Of a DNA stretch of 64,000 bases, positions 52,101-64,000 are shown one piece after another (the first letter of the stretch is position 1; each line of letters begins with the position of its first letter). Source of the DNA: Convolutriloba macropyga (taxonomy: Eukaryota); assembly GCF_964194025.1 (NCBI RefSeq), contig NC_134477.1, positions 53,940,001 to 54,004,000 of the forward strand, given 5' to 3'. The notes under the pieces were generated by a model. The model had not been told where the DNA came from. It made no database searches and saw only the letters and a program-made list of their open reading frames with translations. Made by a program: the position numbers and the translations under genes.

Positions 52101-54998
52101 ACTGAGAGTTTGCTAGAAAACCTTTTCCAAATTTTCCACTTATTACTATTTATTGCATTTTTCTTTAGGCCTTGGTATTTCTTTAAAACGATTTTTGGTC
52201 TTTGATTATTATTCTTTTGCTTGTCTTTTCTATGATTAATTTAATTTTTGATTCAGTAAGAAATCATGTTTTCTAGAATATATACATAAAGGAAGAAGTA
52301 TATGTTGTTTTTGTTTTAATTGCAGTGATTAGAGATCTAATTGTGGTGGTTTTTTTTTAAATTTGACCATTCTTTTTTAGAAAAATTCAGCTTAGTTTCT
52401 AAGATTGTTTTCTGCTGTTTACTTTCGCGATATTTTTGATAAAAGAATCATGAATTATTTGAGGACAATTGATACCACTGTCATTTTTTTCAGCCGGTCC
52501 GTAATTTGACCATCCTCATTATTTTGGACTTTTTTAACGTTACCAAACGTTTTCACTAATATTAAATTTTGTTGCATTTTGTCTCTCGTGGTGACAGTAG
52601 GTTAAATTTCACCAATTGTGAGATCAGACCTGAGGAGGTAATGAGTTAATGATTTAAAATAAAAGGTTATGGTTTCAGCTGCAATTAGGGTTTTCTGTGA
52701 ACTTTTGATCCTTCGAGTCGCTTCCGGAATTCTTCCGGCTATGTTTTTTTTTAAAGGAAGTAGATTTGTTCACGCGGCATTTTGACCTAAAAGCGAAAGT
52801 GTGAGAAAAGCTGTCTTGGTGAACAGATTTTCGCTAAGCGAGAGAAGTTTTTTGATCATGCGCTGCGTTTAGTGAATGACTTTTTGACTTTGAAAAGTAG
52901 TTTTTGACTGAATTGCACATATAGATAACCGTTTTTAGCCGTTTTTTCGTCTAAGTGGCCCAATTTTTTTGCTTTTAATTTAGTTTTTTGTAGAAATAAT
53001 TTTTATTCGATGCTAAATTGAAATGTCAACTTCGGAAATTGATACCACAGTGTTTTGCAGAGCCTGAAAATGCGTTTCAAGTTGAAAATTGGCACATAAT
53101 TCTTTATTTTTTTAGTTAATTTTTGGCTTTTTTTAATAATTTCTTCATTTTTGGATCTTTTAACCGTCGTTTTATCAGAAATCAGTTAATATGGCAACTT
53201 CTCTATGATAATTCCTATACTCCACGCTTCTTTCTACCTCGATGTAATTTTAATTCATAAAATTGTATATATGCGAATCCGGTTTTGGAAGTTTTTTTTT
53301 TCAGATTTTTTGTCAGTTTTTCGTTTGTATTTTGGTTGTAATTGATAGAAATAGTTTTTTTGTGCAACATGAGGGACTTTAATTTCGTTTCATTAAAAAT
53401 TCAATCATTTTTTGGCGTTAAGTTTTGAAAAAAACAGATAAAACTTTTTCATAAATGCAGTCTTTTTAAAACTTCTTTGACCATTTTTTTGCAAATTGTT
53501 TCAATGTTTCGTATTTATGAATGCTGCTTTTTCCTATTTTTTGTTCTCTTCAGGAGGATAGATCTTTGTATCGGATGACTAGTTATCTTTTCTATGTCTT
53601 GAATGCTGAACAATGAAATGTATTCGTTTTTCTTGAATTTTTTAAATTGATTTTCAACTTTCAAAAATCAATTTGTCTTTTTTTTACGGTGTTCCTTATA
53701 TTGTGCCCATATTTACATTTTAGTTAGTATCATTCTAGCTTTGTCCTGGTACCCACGTTTATTTTCGGTAGATTGATTTCTTCAGTTGTAAAAAAAATGA
53801 CTTATTTCAGCTTTTTCTTAGATTTTCGTCATATCTTTGGTTTCCAATTGATTTCATTCAACATAAGGCAGTACTGAGAACTTGATAGCAAGCTTTTTCC
53901 AAAATTTCAACTTATGACTAATTACTACAGCTTTCAGCTTACTACTACTTACGGCCTTGGTATTAATTAAAACGATTTTTTGCCTTTGAATATTCTGCTG
54001 CTTATGTCTTTTCTATGATCAATTTTATTTTTGATTAAGTATGAAATCATGTCTAGCTTATGTACAAGAAGGAACAGGTTTGTGTTGTTTTTTGTCTTAA
54101 TGGCAGTGATTAGAAGTGTAATTATAGGTGTTTTCTTATTCTTAATTTTGAGCTTTCTTTTTAAAAGATTTAACATGGTTTCTAAGATTATTATCTGCCG
54201 TTTGCTTTCGCGATCTTTTTCAGATTAGAATCATGAATCATTTGAGGGCTATTGATAACCTTGTCAGCTTTTTCAGACTATCAGGTTTTTGACCATCTGA
54301 ATTATTTTGGATTTTGTAACGTTAGCAAACGTTTTCGATAATATAAAATTTTGCTGCAATTTGTTTCTTGGTGACAGTGGTTTAAGTTTCAACAATTTTT
54401 AGAGCAGACCTGGAGAGGTAGTGAGTTAATGGTTTAATACAAAAGGTGGTGGCTTCCGCTGCAATTACGGTTTTGTTAGTGAAGTTTTGACGCTTCGAGT
54501 CGCTTCCGGAATTCTTCCGGCTATGTTTTTTGTTTCGTCGTCTGACGCTCTTTTTTCGTTTTACATTTGTTCACACAGCAAAGCTGAAAAAGTCAAATTT
54601 TCTTAATGACTTCTTCCTCTCACTAACGGCATTTGCGCGCGTGACGTCATTTCTCACTCGCTTTAGAAAAAATTTTTAGGTTATTTGCGTGATTAGATTT
54701 TGATCATACGTGACTTACCTCACTCAATAAAATGACTTTTGCACTTTAAAACTTAAGTTTAATTTGAATTTGTTTAAGGTCAAAGGAACTCATTTGTGCA
54801 GTAAAGGTCCCTAATAAGAGGCTTCTGCGGAATGAATTTTAACAAGCATTGTTAATTTATCGCTGAATGTTTTTTACCTAGTTTTTTTTGAGCGGCGTCG
54901 ATTTTTTTTTCAATTTTGATCTTTATTCGTTTCTGTCTCTATTTTATGGCACGCAGGTCTATTCTTTCGCAGCTATTCCGGCAATCTTCCGGCTATGT
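49111..54998 (+). mobile_element. Composite HINE-like element of about 5.9 kb with three head-to-tail ~1.75-kb internal modules
   Basis: subTIR pair atagctgcgaa (49112-49122) / ttcgcagctat (54966-54976), followed by a ccgg...ccgg hairpin and ctatg. Modules start ggaagta at 49258, 50982 and 52756, each ending gagtcgcttccgga(a/t)ttcttccggctatg. Confidence 0.65.
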
Positions 54999-55589
54999 TT
55001 TTAAATTAAGTTTTTAGAATAAAGTTGTTCTAAATCATATTAATAGGTAGCTGTATGCCTGAGATCATTTCTGATCATCTCAAGCATCTGGTAGAATTTG
55101 AGATGCAATCTTGAGCTGGCATTTTTTAGTGATTAGTTTTTGTCAAGTTTTTTAATAGCCGCAAAGCGATAGCTGGCGGTATTTTTGGCCTTCTGTTTTT
55201 TTTATTTCGTCTGGATTTTTGATACGACCATATGACACCACAAGCTGTTTTTCATTCATGCAATTTCAACTGAATTGCTTGCGTGACGTCATTTTCTACT
55301 CTTGTGGAGCGAGTTTTTGTTCATTTGCGTGATTAAGTTGTTGGTCACACGTGACTTACCTCATTCTCAAAATTGACTTCCTAACTCTTAAACTGATTTT
55401 TCTTTACTTTAATTCAGAGAGATATTGTCAAGTATGTGTATATCACTCTAATTGAAGGTTATTTAAGAGCATCGTATAGAAGCAGCAATGAGTGAAACAT
55501 TCTCATTCAAAAAAAAACATCTCAGCACTTAATAAAAAGTTCCTTTTTGGTCTGTTATCAGTCCTCTGGTCTCTTTCAAGCGTTTTTTT

Positions 55590-56072
55590 TTGCTTGATCG
55601 ACGTTTCCTCTGGCCCACTTGACTTTTCGTCCTCAAAAACGGCTTAAACAGGAAACGCTCCGAGTGCATTAAGGTCTCATAGAGCATTACGCCTATCCAG
55701 TGTCTAAGAATGCGATTCACCAAAACCGTTTTAGCACACAATTTCATGGCGCAAAGGGTGGTTCATAATCTTGAAATCTGAGCCCGTTACCTCTCTTTGC
55801 CTACTCAATCAACGCAATCACCCTATTCGACTCGAACACACATCCAGTCCTCCCACCTCTACCCCCTCTTGTCGAGCCAGCTCTCCCAACCCGACCCCTC
55901 CCCCCCCCCCCCGTCCCAATCGGTTGACCCCCCCCCCCCCCTCCTATTTTGCTAAGACCCCTCTCTGCCTGCCCTCAATGGAAGCATCTTTGAGCGCCAG
56001 CTGTTTACTATCGAAGCCAACCGCTCGCCGGTAGTTTGAGAGTAATTCGCCCCACGTTAGTCGGTTGTGTTT
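55590..56072 (+). mobile_element. Dispersed repeat family with a variable central poly-C tract (other copies at about 32640-32960, 37460-37845, 34650-34830, 13255-13440 and 16700-16880)
   Basis: Shared 5' motifs (gacttttcgt..aaaacgg, gcattaag..tagag, agtctctaagtatgcgattcacc) and a shared 3' motif gccaaccgctcgccgg...gagagcaattcg...cgttagtcggtt. Class unassigned. Confidence 0.6.
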
Positions 56073-57893
56073 TTTAGGTTCGGTTCTCTACTTTTTACCT
56101 CATTTTTTCGATATATTCAGGAAGTTTTGTGCTTACATATGGTAGTCATTTTTTGAAAAGAAATTAACTATTCAAGAGAATTTGAAATAAGCTATGGTTT
56201 TCGAGTAGAAACGTTTTAAGAATTTCCAAGATTCTGAAAATATCACCTTTTGCTTTTCACTCCCAATTTGTTTCCTCCGTTTTTGTTCAAAATTTAGTTT
56301 GTATAATGATTTAACTAATTTTTATTAGTTTAGTCTCTGATTGGTTAGGTCAGAAGTTAAGATTTACTTGGATTTGCTTTTGGAGTCTTCCAGATATCTG
56401 TTTTTATTTCATCGAAAATTTCTTTCGATTTACCTTAGCTCACAGCTTGTCTGCTCAAAGTGTTTTTAAACAGAAGCCAGCTCACAGCTTGTCTGCTCAA
56501 AGTGTTTTTAAGTAGAAGCCGCTAAAAACAATAGGCAATCAACAGACTCAGTATTGAAAACGAAATCCAACAATTTAAATGGATAAACTCATAAAGCACA
56601 ATTTTAGATACCAACTACCTGAACTTTGTTCTTTCAAGTCTTTACTGCCACATCTAATGCTTTTCAGTTTTGATACTAGTCCCTGTATCCTCTCACTAGG
56701 TATCTTGAGTAAATCTAACAACGAAATGAAATCAAAATAGTTCGCACAAAATAGTTATTGTACTACAATCAATTTTCATTTTTTGTTTTCTTTACATCCC
56801 AATTTGGGTTACAGGAATCAATAGCTGCTGTTTTCCGGCAATCTGTCAAATATGTTTTTAATGCCACGGAACAAACAGTTTTTTGTTCTCGTTTTGCTAA
56901 TGGAAGCAGCATCAGCAATAGGTCTCTGCCAGACAAATTCAAAACCTATTCGAAGTTTCATAGTTTTTAAAATTATAAACAACGTTGTTTACCAACACTG
57001 ATTCATGGTTACGGACGGACAACAATGAGACTTGAGAATTTTGCATTTTTCTTATTATTTAGTTCTTTTTGTTCACAGTTAAAGGATCAGATCTTCAAGC
57101 TTAGCATTATCGCTGTTTCTTCATGTGCTCTCATTGATAAGAAAGAATTGTTGTAAATAATTTTGAGTCAATAAATAACGAGCCACAGCAATTTTTGAGT
57201 TTTCGCTTCACGTCGAGCGATGCTGGTGTTGTCCTAGCTAAAAGAGTCCGCCGTAAAATGTTTTTATTGGAGCAATTTCGTTTTTGCTGAGGTGATAACA
57301 GTTTTGTGGAGACTGAATTTATTTTAAATTATTTTCCTTCGTTGTAAGAGGTGTTTTGTCTTGTTATTCTCTTAAAGTTTTACTTTATTGGCCTTCTTTC
57401 TCAAGGTTTTTGGCATGATTTGTCAAGGTTGAAGAATATTTGTTCTCTACTGTTGAGGTTCAAGTTGGCTTCTGTGGCTGAATTGCATTTAGTGGGCGTT
57501 ATCATCGCCTGTTTACAATGTGTTTTCATTGTTTTTTCAAAACATATTTGAAGGATTATGTGAGCTTCAAGTGTGCTCGCAGGATCCAGAATAGATTTAG
57601 TTTTCTGTGTAAGCTAATTTGTTTGACTTTTATTGTTTTCTTAGTTAAATTGTTTCTGTCCAGTACGAGTGCACCTTATAAAATTGGTGTGCTGCATTTA
57701 ACTTGACTATCTTTAAAATTTGTTTGAAAGAATGATCCATTTTTATTTGCTCTCGCACGAAATTTGAGGTATGTGTTATTATTGTAAAGTATGTGTTCCT
57801 TTTTTCATGCAAAATTTTTGCTCAACAGTTTTTGCGCTTTTTCTTGAACTTTCTCTCGCTCTCGTGACAATTTCAGGCTGGATTTTTGTGTGA

Positions 57894-58335
57894 TTAATAG
57901 CCACCGTCAGCCTCTGAACGGCTATTATTTAGGCGCTCTCCTTTTTTCAATTCGCTGTTTCAACTGAAAGGATTTTAAATTCTTTCACGTATTGAATTAC
58001 GCTATGTCCATACGGTCAAAGTGAAAAGAGCAAAAGCAAAAGAGATGGGATAAACGTAAAAAGCCCGGTCGTTAAGTCATAATGCATTAGGTTATTAAAG
58101 TTCATTAAAGCGATTGCTAACTGACATTAGTTTTATGCTGAACAGCTTTGTTTAGAGGCTGAATGTAGTGTAATTTTATAATCTAAATGATTATGTAGAA
58201 TTTACACACCAAATAAGAACAATTTGACACCTAGAAAAATTCTGTCAATTTCTATCTTTTAATTCTTTTGTTTCAATCCCAATGTGCGTCAAGGGGGTCA
58301 AAGGAGGCTATTTTCCGGCAATTTGCCGGCTTTAT
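57894..58335 (+). mobile_element. HINE-like element, about 0.44-kb family
   Basis: aatagcc (57896) with nearby cggctatt, and a 3' ggctatt (58306) followed by hairpin ccggca-att-tgccgg. The internal sequence is shared with copies at about 8900-9160, 11200-12185, 18170-18510 and 20520-20860. Confidence 0.65.
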
Positions 58336-58667
58336 CTAAATTTCATCCCGAAGTGCGAAAATGGTTGAGCAAAAAGTTTGCATGTAAAAAGACAAACACT
58401 CTTTACAATAATTGCGTCGATTTCGTTCAAACTGTTGCTTGTATGGAGGCGATTGTGAGCAAATCGATGGCGAGGCATGTTTAGCTTACGGGTAAATGTT
58501 GCAAATTCACATCCGGGAGGTTGTGGCTCGAAATCTTCCTGTGTTGCTTTTTCTGCACCCACGAAAGTTTAGCTTTACTACACACGTTTGAATGAAGTCA
58601 TTTTTTTGGACGCAGCTTAGATGCTATGCAATAGTTTCAGTTGGTACCGAAACGTTATAACTACTTT

Positions 58668-60675
58668 TTGACAACTTGATTTCAAAACCTATCCGTGATT
58701 TTTTTGTCTTGCCCAGTTTTTGTGTTGTCTTAGCTCGTAGTATGGTCATTGACAGTGCTCGTAGTTTGCTAATGTGAAAATTCATAATGGTTTGAGTTAA
58801 TGATTGGTGTTTATCATTAACATGACACTACAGCATTTCAAAATTTTTTCAACTTTTTGCCATTTTTTTTGTAACCGTGTCACTCAATTTGATTAAACGT
58901 CAAATCAATTTTAGTTCGCTACTAAAGGTTAATTTTCCGATTCAATTGTTTCAGTTCATAGCTAATAATTTTTGCTCACTTTTTGTCGTTTATTAATAGC
59001 CGCCCTCATCTTCTCAGCTGGCTATTATAGCGCTCCTAATTTTTTACAATTCAAAGAATTTTTACAATTCAAAGAATTTGAATTGTATTGGTGCGATGTC
59101 TTTTTTTTTAAGATCTGTTCACACATTTTCATGATATTTGAAGTCAAATTGGAGTAGTGGTTTTGGTCACGCCGAAACAGGACATGGAGCGAAAAAGCGG
59201 GTGATTTTGCGGCGTGAATTTTTTTATCTCTTATTTTAAAGTAGAGTGCGAAAATGGTGTTTGAACAAAAATTCGGTTTCTCGGTAGTGGTTTTTTTGTT
59301 CACATGCGGCATTTCACTCTGATTTTTACTGTTTTTTCGGATTTTCTGGATCGGATTTTCTAAATGGTTTTCCCAATCCATTCACAGCTCATTCTAGTCC
59401 TAGTTTTTTGTTTGAATTAAATTTTCATTTCTCGCTAGTGGTTTTTTTGTTTACATGCGGCATTTTGACATTAATTTTTTTTGTTTTTTTCTTATTTTTT
59501 GATCTGATTTTTTAGAAATGGTTTTCTCAATTCACTCCATTCTAGTCCATTTTAGGTCTAGTTTTTCTGTTTAGTCAATGAAAATTCATTGAATTGTACG
59601 TCAGGACTTGTCCTGCTATATTTTTTTACTTCGTCGATTTCGCTTTACCCATTTTGCCGCTTTTTCGACATTTTGCGTGAAATCTTTTTGACTTATCTAG
59701 GCTAGTTTCACTCTTCTGTCATTCTGCTCAAAGTCCTTTTAAACAGCAGCTGCTCAGCAAAGCAATTCAAAATGAAGAGAGTCAGTATAAAAAATCAAAG
59801 TCAGAAATAGAAACAGGATAAACCCATAAAGCCCATTTTTAGATGCCCGGTACTTGAAATTTGTTCTCATAAGTTTTAGTTACTGTCTATAATGCTTATT
59901 GGCATTGATACTAGACCCTGTAGCCTCTCACTGAGAGACAGGAGTTTGTTCAATTACGAATTGACATCAAAATAAATCGCACTTAAGAATGTTTTTATAC
60001 AAAAATCAATTTTTGTTGATATTTTCTTTTCTTTCAATCCCAATAGAGTTATGGGAATCAACGGCGGCTATTTTTCGGCAATCTGCCGGGTATGTTTTTC
60101 TCTTGAAATTTGATCCCATTACAATCGTCATCGTTTGCTAATGAAGCATAAAGGATTTGACAACTTGATTTCAAAACCTATCCGTGATTTTTTAGTCTTG
60201 CCCAGTTTTTGTGTTGTCTTAGCTCGTAGTATGGTCATTGACAGTGCTCGTAGTTTGCTAATGAGAAAATTTATAATGGTTTTGGTTTGAGTTGATGATT
60301 GGTGTTTACCATTAACATGACACTACAGCATTTCAAACTTTTTCAACTTTTTGCCATTTTTTTTGTAACCGTGTCACTCAATTTGATTAAACGTCAAATC
60401 AATTTTAGTTCGCTAATAAAGGTTAATTTTCCGATTCAATTGTTTCAGTTCATAGCTAATGGTTTTGCTCACTTTTTGTCGTTTATTAATAGCCGCCCTC
60501 ATAAAAATGTTTTTATACAAAAATCAATTTTTGTTGATATTTTCTTTTCTTTCAATCCCAATAGAGTTATGGGAATCAACGGCGGCTATTTTTCGGCAAT
60601 TTGCCGGGTAAGTTTTTCTCTTGAAATTTGATCCCATGACAATCATCATCGTTTGCTAATGAAGCATAAAGGATT
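58668..60675. repeat. Tandem duplication (58668-60155 / 60156-60675) with a ~1-kb internal deletion in the second copy
   Basis: ttgacaacttgatttcaaaacctatccgtgatt at about 58668 and 60157. The second copy jumps from aatagccgccctcat straight to aatgtttttatacaaaaatc. Confidence 0.88.
58993..60096 (+). mobile_element. Helentron-associated (HINE/DINE-1-like) non-autonomous element, about 1.1 kb
   Basis: 5' subTIR aatagccgcc (58995) with a nearby partial inverted copy ggctatt. 3' subTIR ggcggctatt (60063), then hairpin cggca-atc-tgccg and a T-run. No TSD. Related fragments lie at about 7331-7625, 16928-18065 and 17243-17771. Confidence 0.7.
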
Positions 60676-61158
60676 CTAATTATTGATTCTCAAAAATCAT
60701 GTAGTGCGCAGGATCTGTTGTTGATTTGCTGGCCTCAACTCTTAGCTATTTTCTATTGACTTAAGCACCGTTTGTTTCTGAAAATTTTCAATATTTGCTT
60801 TAACAAGTTTAGTAACAAGTTTTTTGTAATCTTGTCTTCATTTGGCGTTTTGTCCTGTCTTTTTTCACCTAACGGAGGATCTTATGGTTGATTTATGACT
60901 TTGAAAGTTGCATGTTATGCTTTGATCAAGAATTTTAGCTGGTTGATTTGTTTTTCTCACTTCGATGTCAATACTTTCCAAAAACATTGTGATTTTCGCT
61001 AATTTTTCGTTTTTGCCGATTTTGCATGCTGTTGTTGATTTCTAGATTTGTTGCAATGCTTAATCAATCAAATGTGTAGTGTCAGGTTCTTTCAGTTGCT
61101 GGTTTATGGATTTTTTGATTAAAACTTATTCGAAACCGATTTTTCAAAAGTTGTTTTG

Positions 61159-61645
61159 TTAATAGCCGCGAAGCGCTGAGGCTATTATTGGCGTTCTCAG
61201 CCAGGTTTTTTTTATCTCGTCGTCAAGATTTTTATTACGATTATATGACGTCACAATAACTTCAAATCTGCTTTTTGTTCATTCGTTCATGCAATTCAAC
61301 CTGAATTTCTTGCGTGACGTCATTTTTCTGTCTCAGTGGAGAGAGTTTTTTGTTCATTCGCGTGATTAAATTTTTGTTCACACGTGACTTGCCTCACTCT
61401 CAAAAATGACTTCCTCACTTTGAAATTGACTTTACTTTAATTCAAAGAGATAAGGTCAGGCGAATGTGTGTCACTCTAAATGAAAGTTATTTGAGAGCAG
61501 CTAATAGATTCTTAATCAAAATAAAAACATCTTAGCCCGTAATGAAAAGAATAAGTTTCTTTCTTGGTCTGTCTTTTTACTTTTTTAGACTGCAGATCTA
61601 CAAAGCTATTGCGGCTATTTTCTGGCAATCTGCCAGCTATGTTTT
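61159..61645 (+). mobile_element. HINE-like element, about 0.5-kb family
   Basis: aatagccgc (61161) / gcggctatt (61611) plus hairpin ctggca-atc-tgccag, ctatg and a T-run. Confidence 0.7.
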
Positions 61646-61677
61646 TTTTTGTGTACATGAGATCAAATGCTTTGGGT

Positions 61678-64000
61678 GATGAGAATCAAAACAGGTTACC
61701 TTTCGGCAATCTATTGGTAAATAATTGATAATCGAAAGCGATAATTTGTTTTCTGCTCTAATTGGTACTGACAAATCGTAATGTCTGCTGGACTTAAACT
61801 GTCTGCTTGTTCACGTGCTGCAATTTGACTCCGTTTTCTTTTCAGATTTTTAATATTTTTTCTGAATGGTATTTAGCTGCTCGCAAACGAACTTTTTAGC
61901 AATCATATTAGTCCTGTTGGTCTTTTTTTAATGCGAGTTTTCGCTTATCGATTTTTCGTCTGCTGACTCATTTGACTTTTCCTCCTCTGAAATGGGATAA
62001 AACACGTTATGGCCCAGCGGGCATTAAGTTCTTTTAGAGGCCTTCAGCTCACTAGTCTCCAAGTATGCGGTTCAGAGAAACGGTTTTGGAGACTTATGGT
62101 GTGAAGGACGGTTCTCATAGGTTGTCTTTGTGGTTTCTCAGCTGTTCTGAAAAACAATTTCAAATGATCGGTCATTATCGAAAAAAAATCAATAATAGAA
62201 ATGTGATAAACCCATAACGTACAATTATAGATGGCCGCTTCTTGAAAATTATTCATAGTTACCACATCTAATGCTGATTGGTACGTATAGTAATTTCTCC
62301 ATCCTGTCAGTAAGAACCAGCATTTTTCTAACTATGAAATGAAGTTGAAAGTGTTTGCTCTTTATAATTGTTTTGGTAATTCATTTTTGTAATTTTTCTT
62401 TCAATCCCAATCGGGTTGATGAGAATCAAAACAGGTTACCTTCCGGTAATCTATTGGTAAATAATTGATAATCGAAAGCAATAATTTGATTTCTGCTCTA
62501 ATTGGTACTTACAAATCGTAATGTCTGCTGGACTTAAGCTGTCTGCTTGTTCACGTGCTGCAATTTGACTCCGTATTCTTTCCAGATTTTTGATATGTTT
62601 TCTAAATGGTATTTAACTGCTCGCAAACGAACTTTTTAGCAATCATATTAGTCCTGTTGGTCTTTTTTAATGCGAGTTTTCGCATATTGATTTTCGTCTG
62701 CTGACCAATTTGACTATTCCTCCTCTGAAATGGTATAAAACAGGTAGCGCCCAGCGGGCATTAAATTCTCTTAGAGGCCTTCAGCTCATTAGTCTCCAAG
62801 TATGCGGTTCAAAGAAACGGTTTTGGAGACTTATGGTGTGAAGGACGGTTCTCATAGGTTGTCTTTGTGGTTTCTCAGCTGTTCTGAAAAACATTTTCAA
62901 ATAATCGGTCATTATCGAAAAAAAAATCAATAATAGAAATGTGATAAACCCATAACGTACAATTATAGATGCCCGCTTCTTGAAAATTATTCATAGTTAC
63001 CACATCTAATGCTGATTGGTACGTATAGTAATTTCTCCATCCTGTCAGTAAGAACCAGAATTTTTCTAACTATGAAATGAAGTTGAAAGTGTTTGCTCTT
63101 TATAATTGTTTTGGTAATTCATTTTTGTAATTTTTCTTTCAATCCCAATCGGTTTGATGAGAATCAAAACAGGTAACCTTCCGGCAATCTATTGGTAAAT
63201 AATTGATAATCGAAAGCAATAATTTGTTTTCTGCTCTATTTGGTACTGACAAATCGTAATGTCTGCTGGACTTAAACTGTCTGCTTGTTCACGTGCTGCA
63301 ATTTGACTCCGTTTTCTTTTCAAATTTTTTTTCATATTTTTTCTAAATGGTATTTAACTGCTCGCAAACGAAGTTTTTTCACGTGCTGCAATTTGACTGC
63401 GTTTTCTTTTCAGATTTTTGATATTTTTTCTAAATGGTATTTAACTGCTCGCAAACGAAGTTTTTAGCAATCATATTAATCCTGTTGGTCTTTTTTTAAT
63501 GCGAGTTTGCGCTTATCGATTTTTCGTCTGCTGACCCATTTGACTTTTCCTCCTCTGAAATGAGATAAAACACGTTAGCGCCCAGCGGGCATTAAGTTCT
63601 TTTAGAGGCCTTCAGCTCACTAGTCTCCAAGTATGCGGTTCAAAGAAACGGTTTTGGAGACTTATGGTGTGAAGGACGGTTCTCATAGGTTGTCTTTGTG
63701 GTTTCTCAGCTGTTCTGAAAAACAATCTCAATTAAGCGGTCATTTTCGAAAAAAATCAATAATAGAAATGTGATAAACTCATAACGTACATTTTTAGATA
63801 CCCGCTTCTTGAAAATTATTCTTAGTTTCCACATCTAATGCTGATTGGTAGGTATAGTAGTTTCTCCATCCTGTCAGTAAGAACCAGAATTTTTCTAACT
63901 ATGAAATGAATTTGAAAGTGTTTGCTCTTTATTATTGTTTTGGTAATTCATTTTTGTAATTTTTCTTTCTATCCCAATCGGGTTGATGAGAATCAAAACA
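61678..64000 (+). repeat. Tandem array, ~740-bp unit, at least 3 copies, running off the window
   Basis: gatgagaatcaaaaca at 61678, 62418, 63156 and 63985. Periods are 740, 738 and 829 bp; the third unit has an internal ~90-bp duplication. Confidence 0.95.

Overview
AT-rich, intron-rich eukaryotic (metazoan-like, probably invertebrate) genomic DNA. The whole window lies inside one + strand gene encoding a kinesin-1 light chain (KLC). Eight exons splice in frame through canonical GT-AG sites: <2-7323, 16085-16154, 26442-26687, 36662-36749, 47195-47306, 47898-48011, 48381-48518 and 48857-48992. They encode the heptad-repeat region, the linker and TPR1-3 plus the start of TPR4. The start codon lies upstream of the window and the remaining TPR exons appear to lie downstream of it. 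The unusual feature is a giant exon of more than 7.3 kb, fused in frame to the KLC core, which adds at least about 2390 aa of S/G/K/T/E/D-rich sequence, mostly 13 or more tandem copies of a 146-aa (438-bp) repeat. Intron 3 holds a second S/G-rich coding-like segment (about 27031/27073-28002) that looks like an alternative terminal exon and would give a TPR-less isoform. The linker lacks the canonical LFP autoinhibitory motif. The introns are filled with non-autonomous Helentron/DINE-1-like (HINE) elements, all seen in the same orientation and often tandem or nested. They also contain a decayed CR1/L2-type LINE caught in a 3.1-kb tandem duplication, a TIR-bounded MITE, a 340-bp fold-back palindrome, satellites and several local duplications. 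No RNA genes or CRISPR arrays were found.
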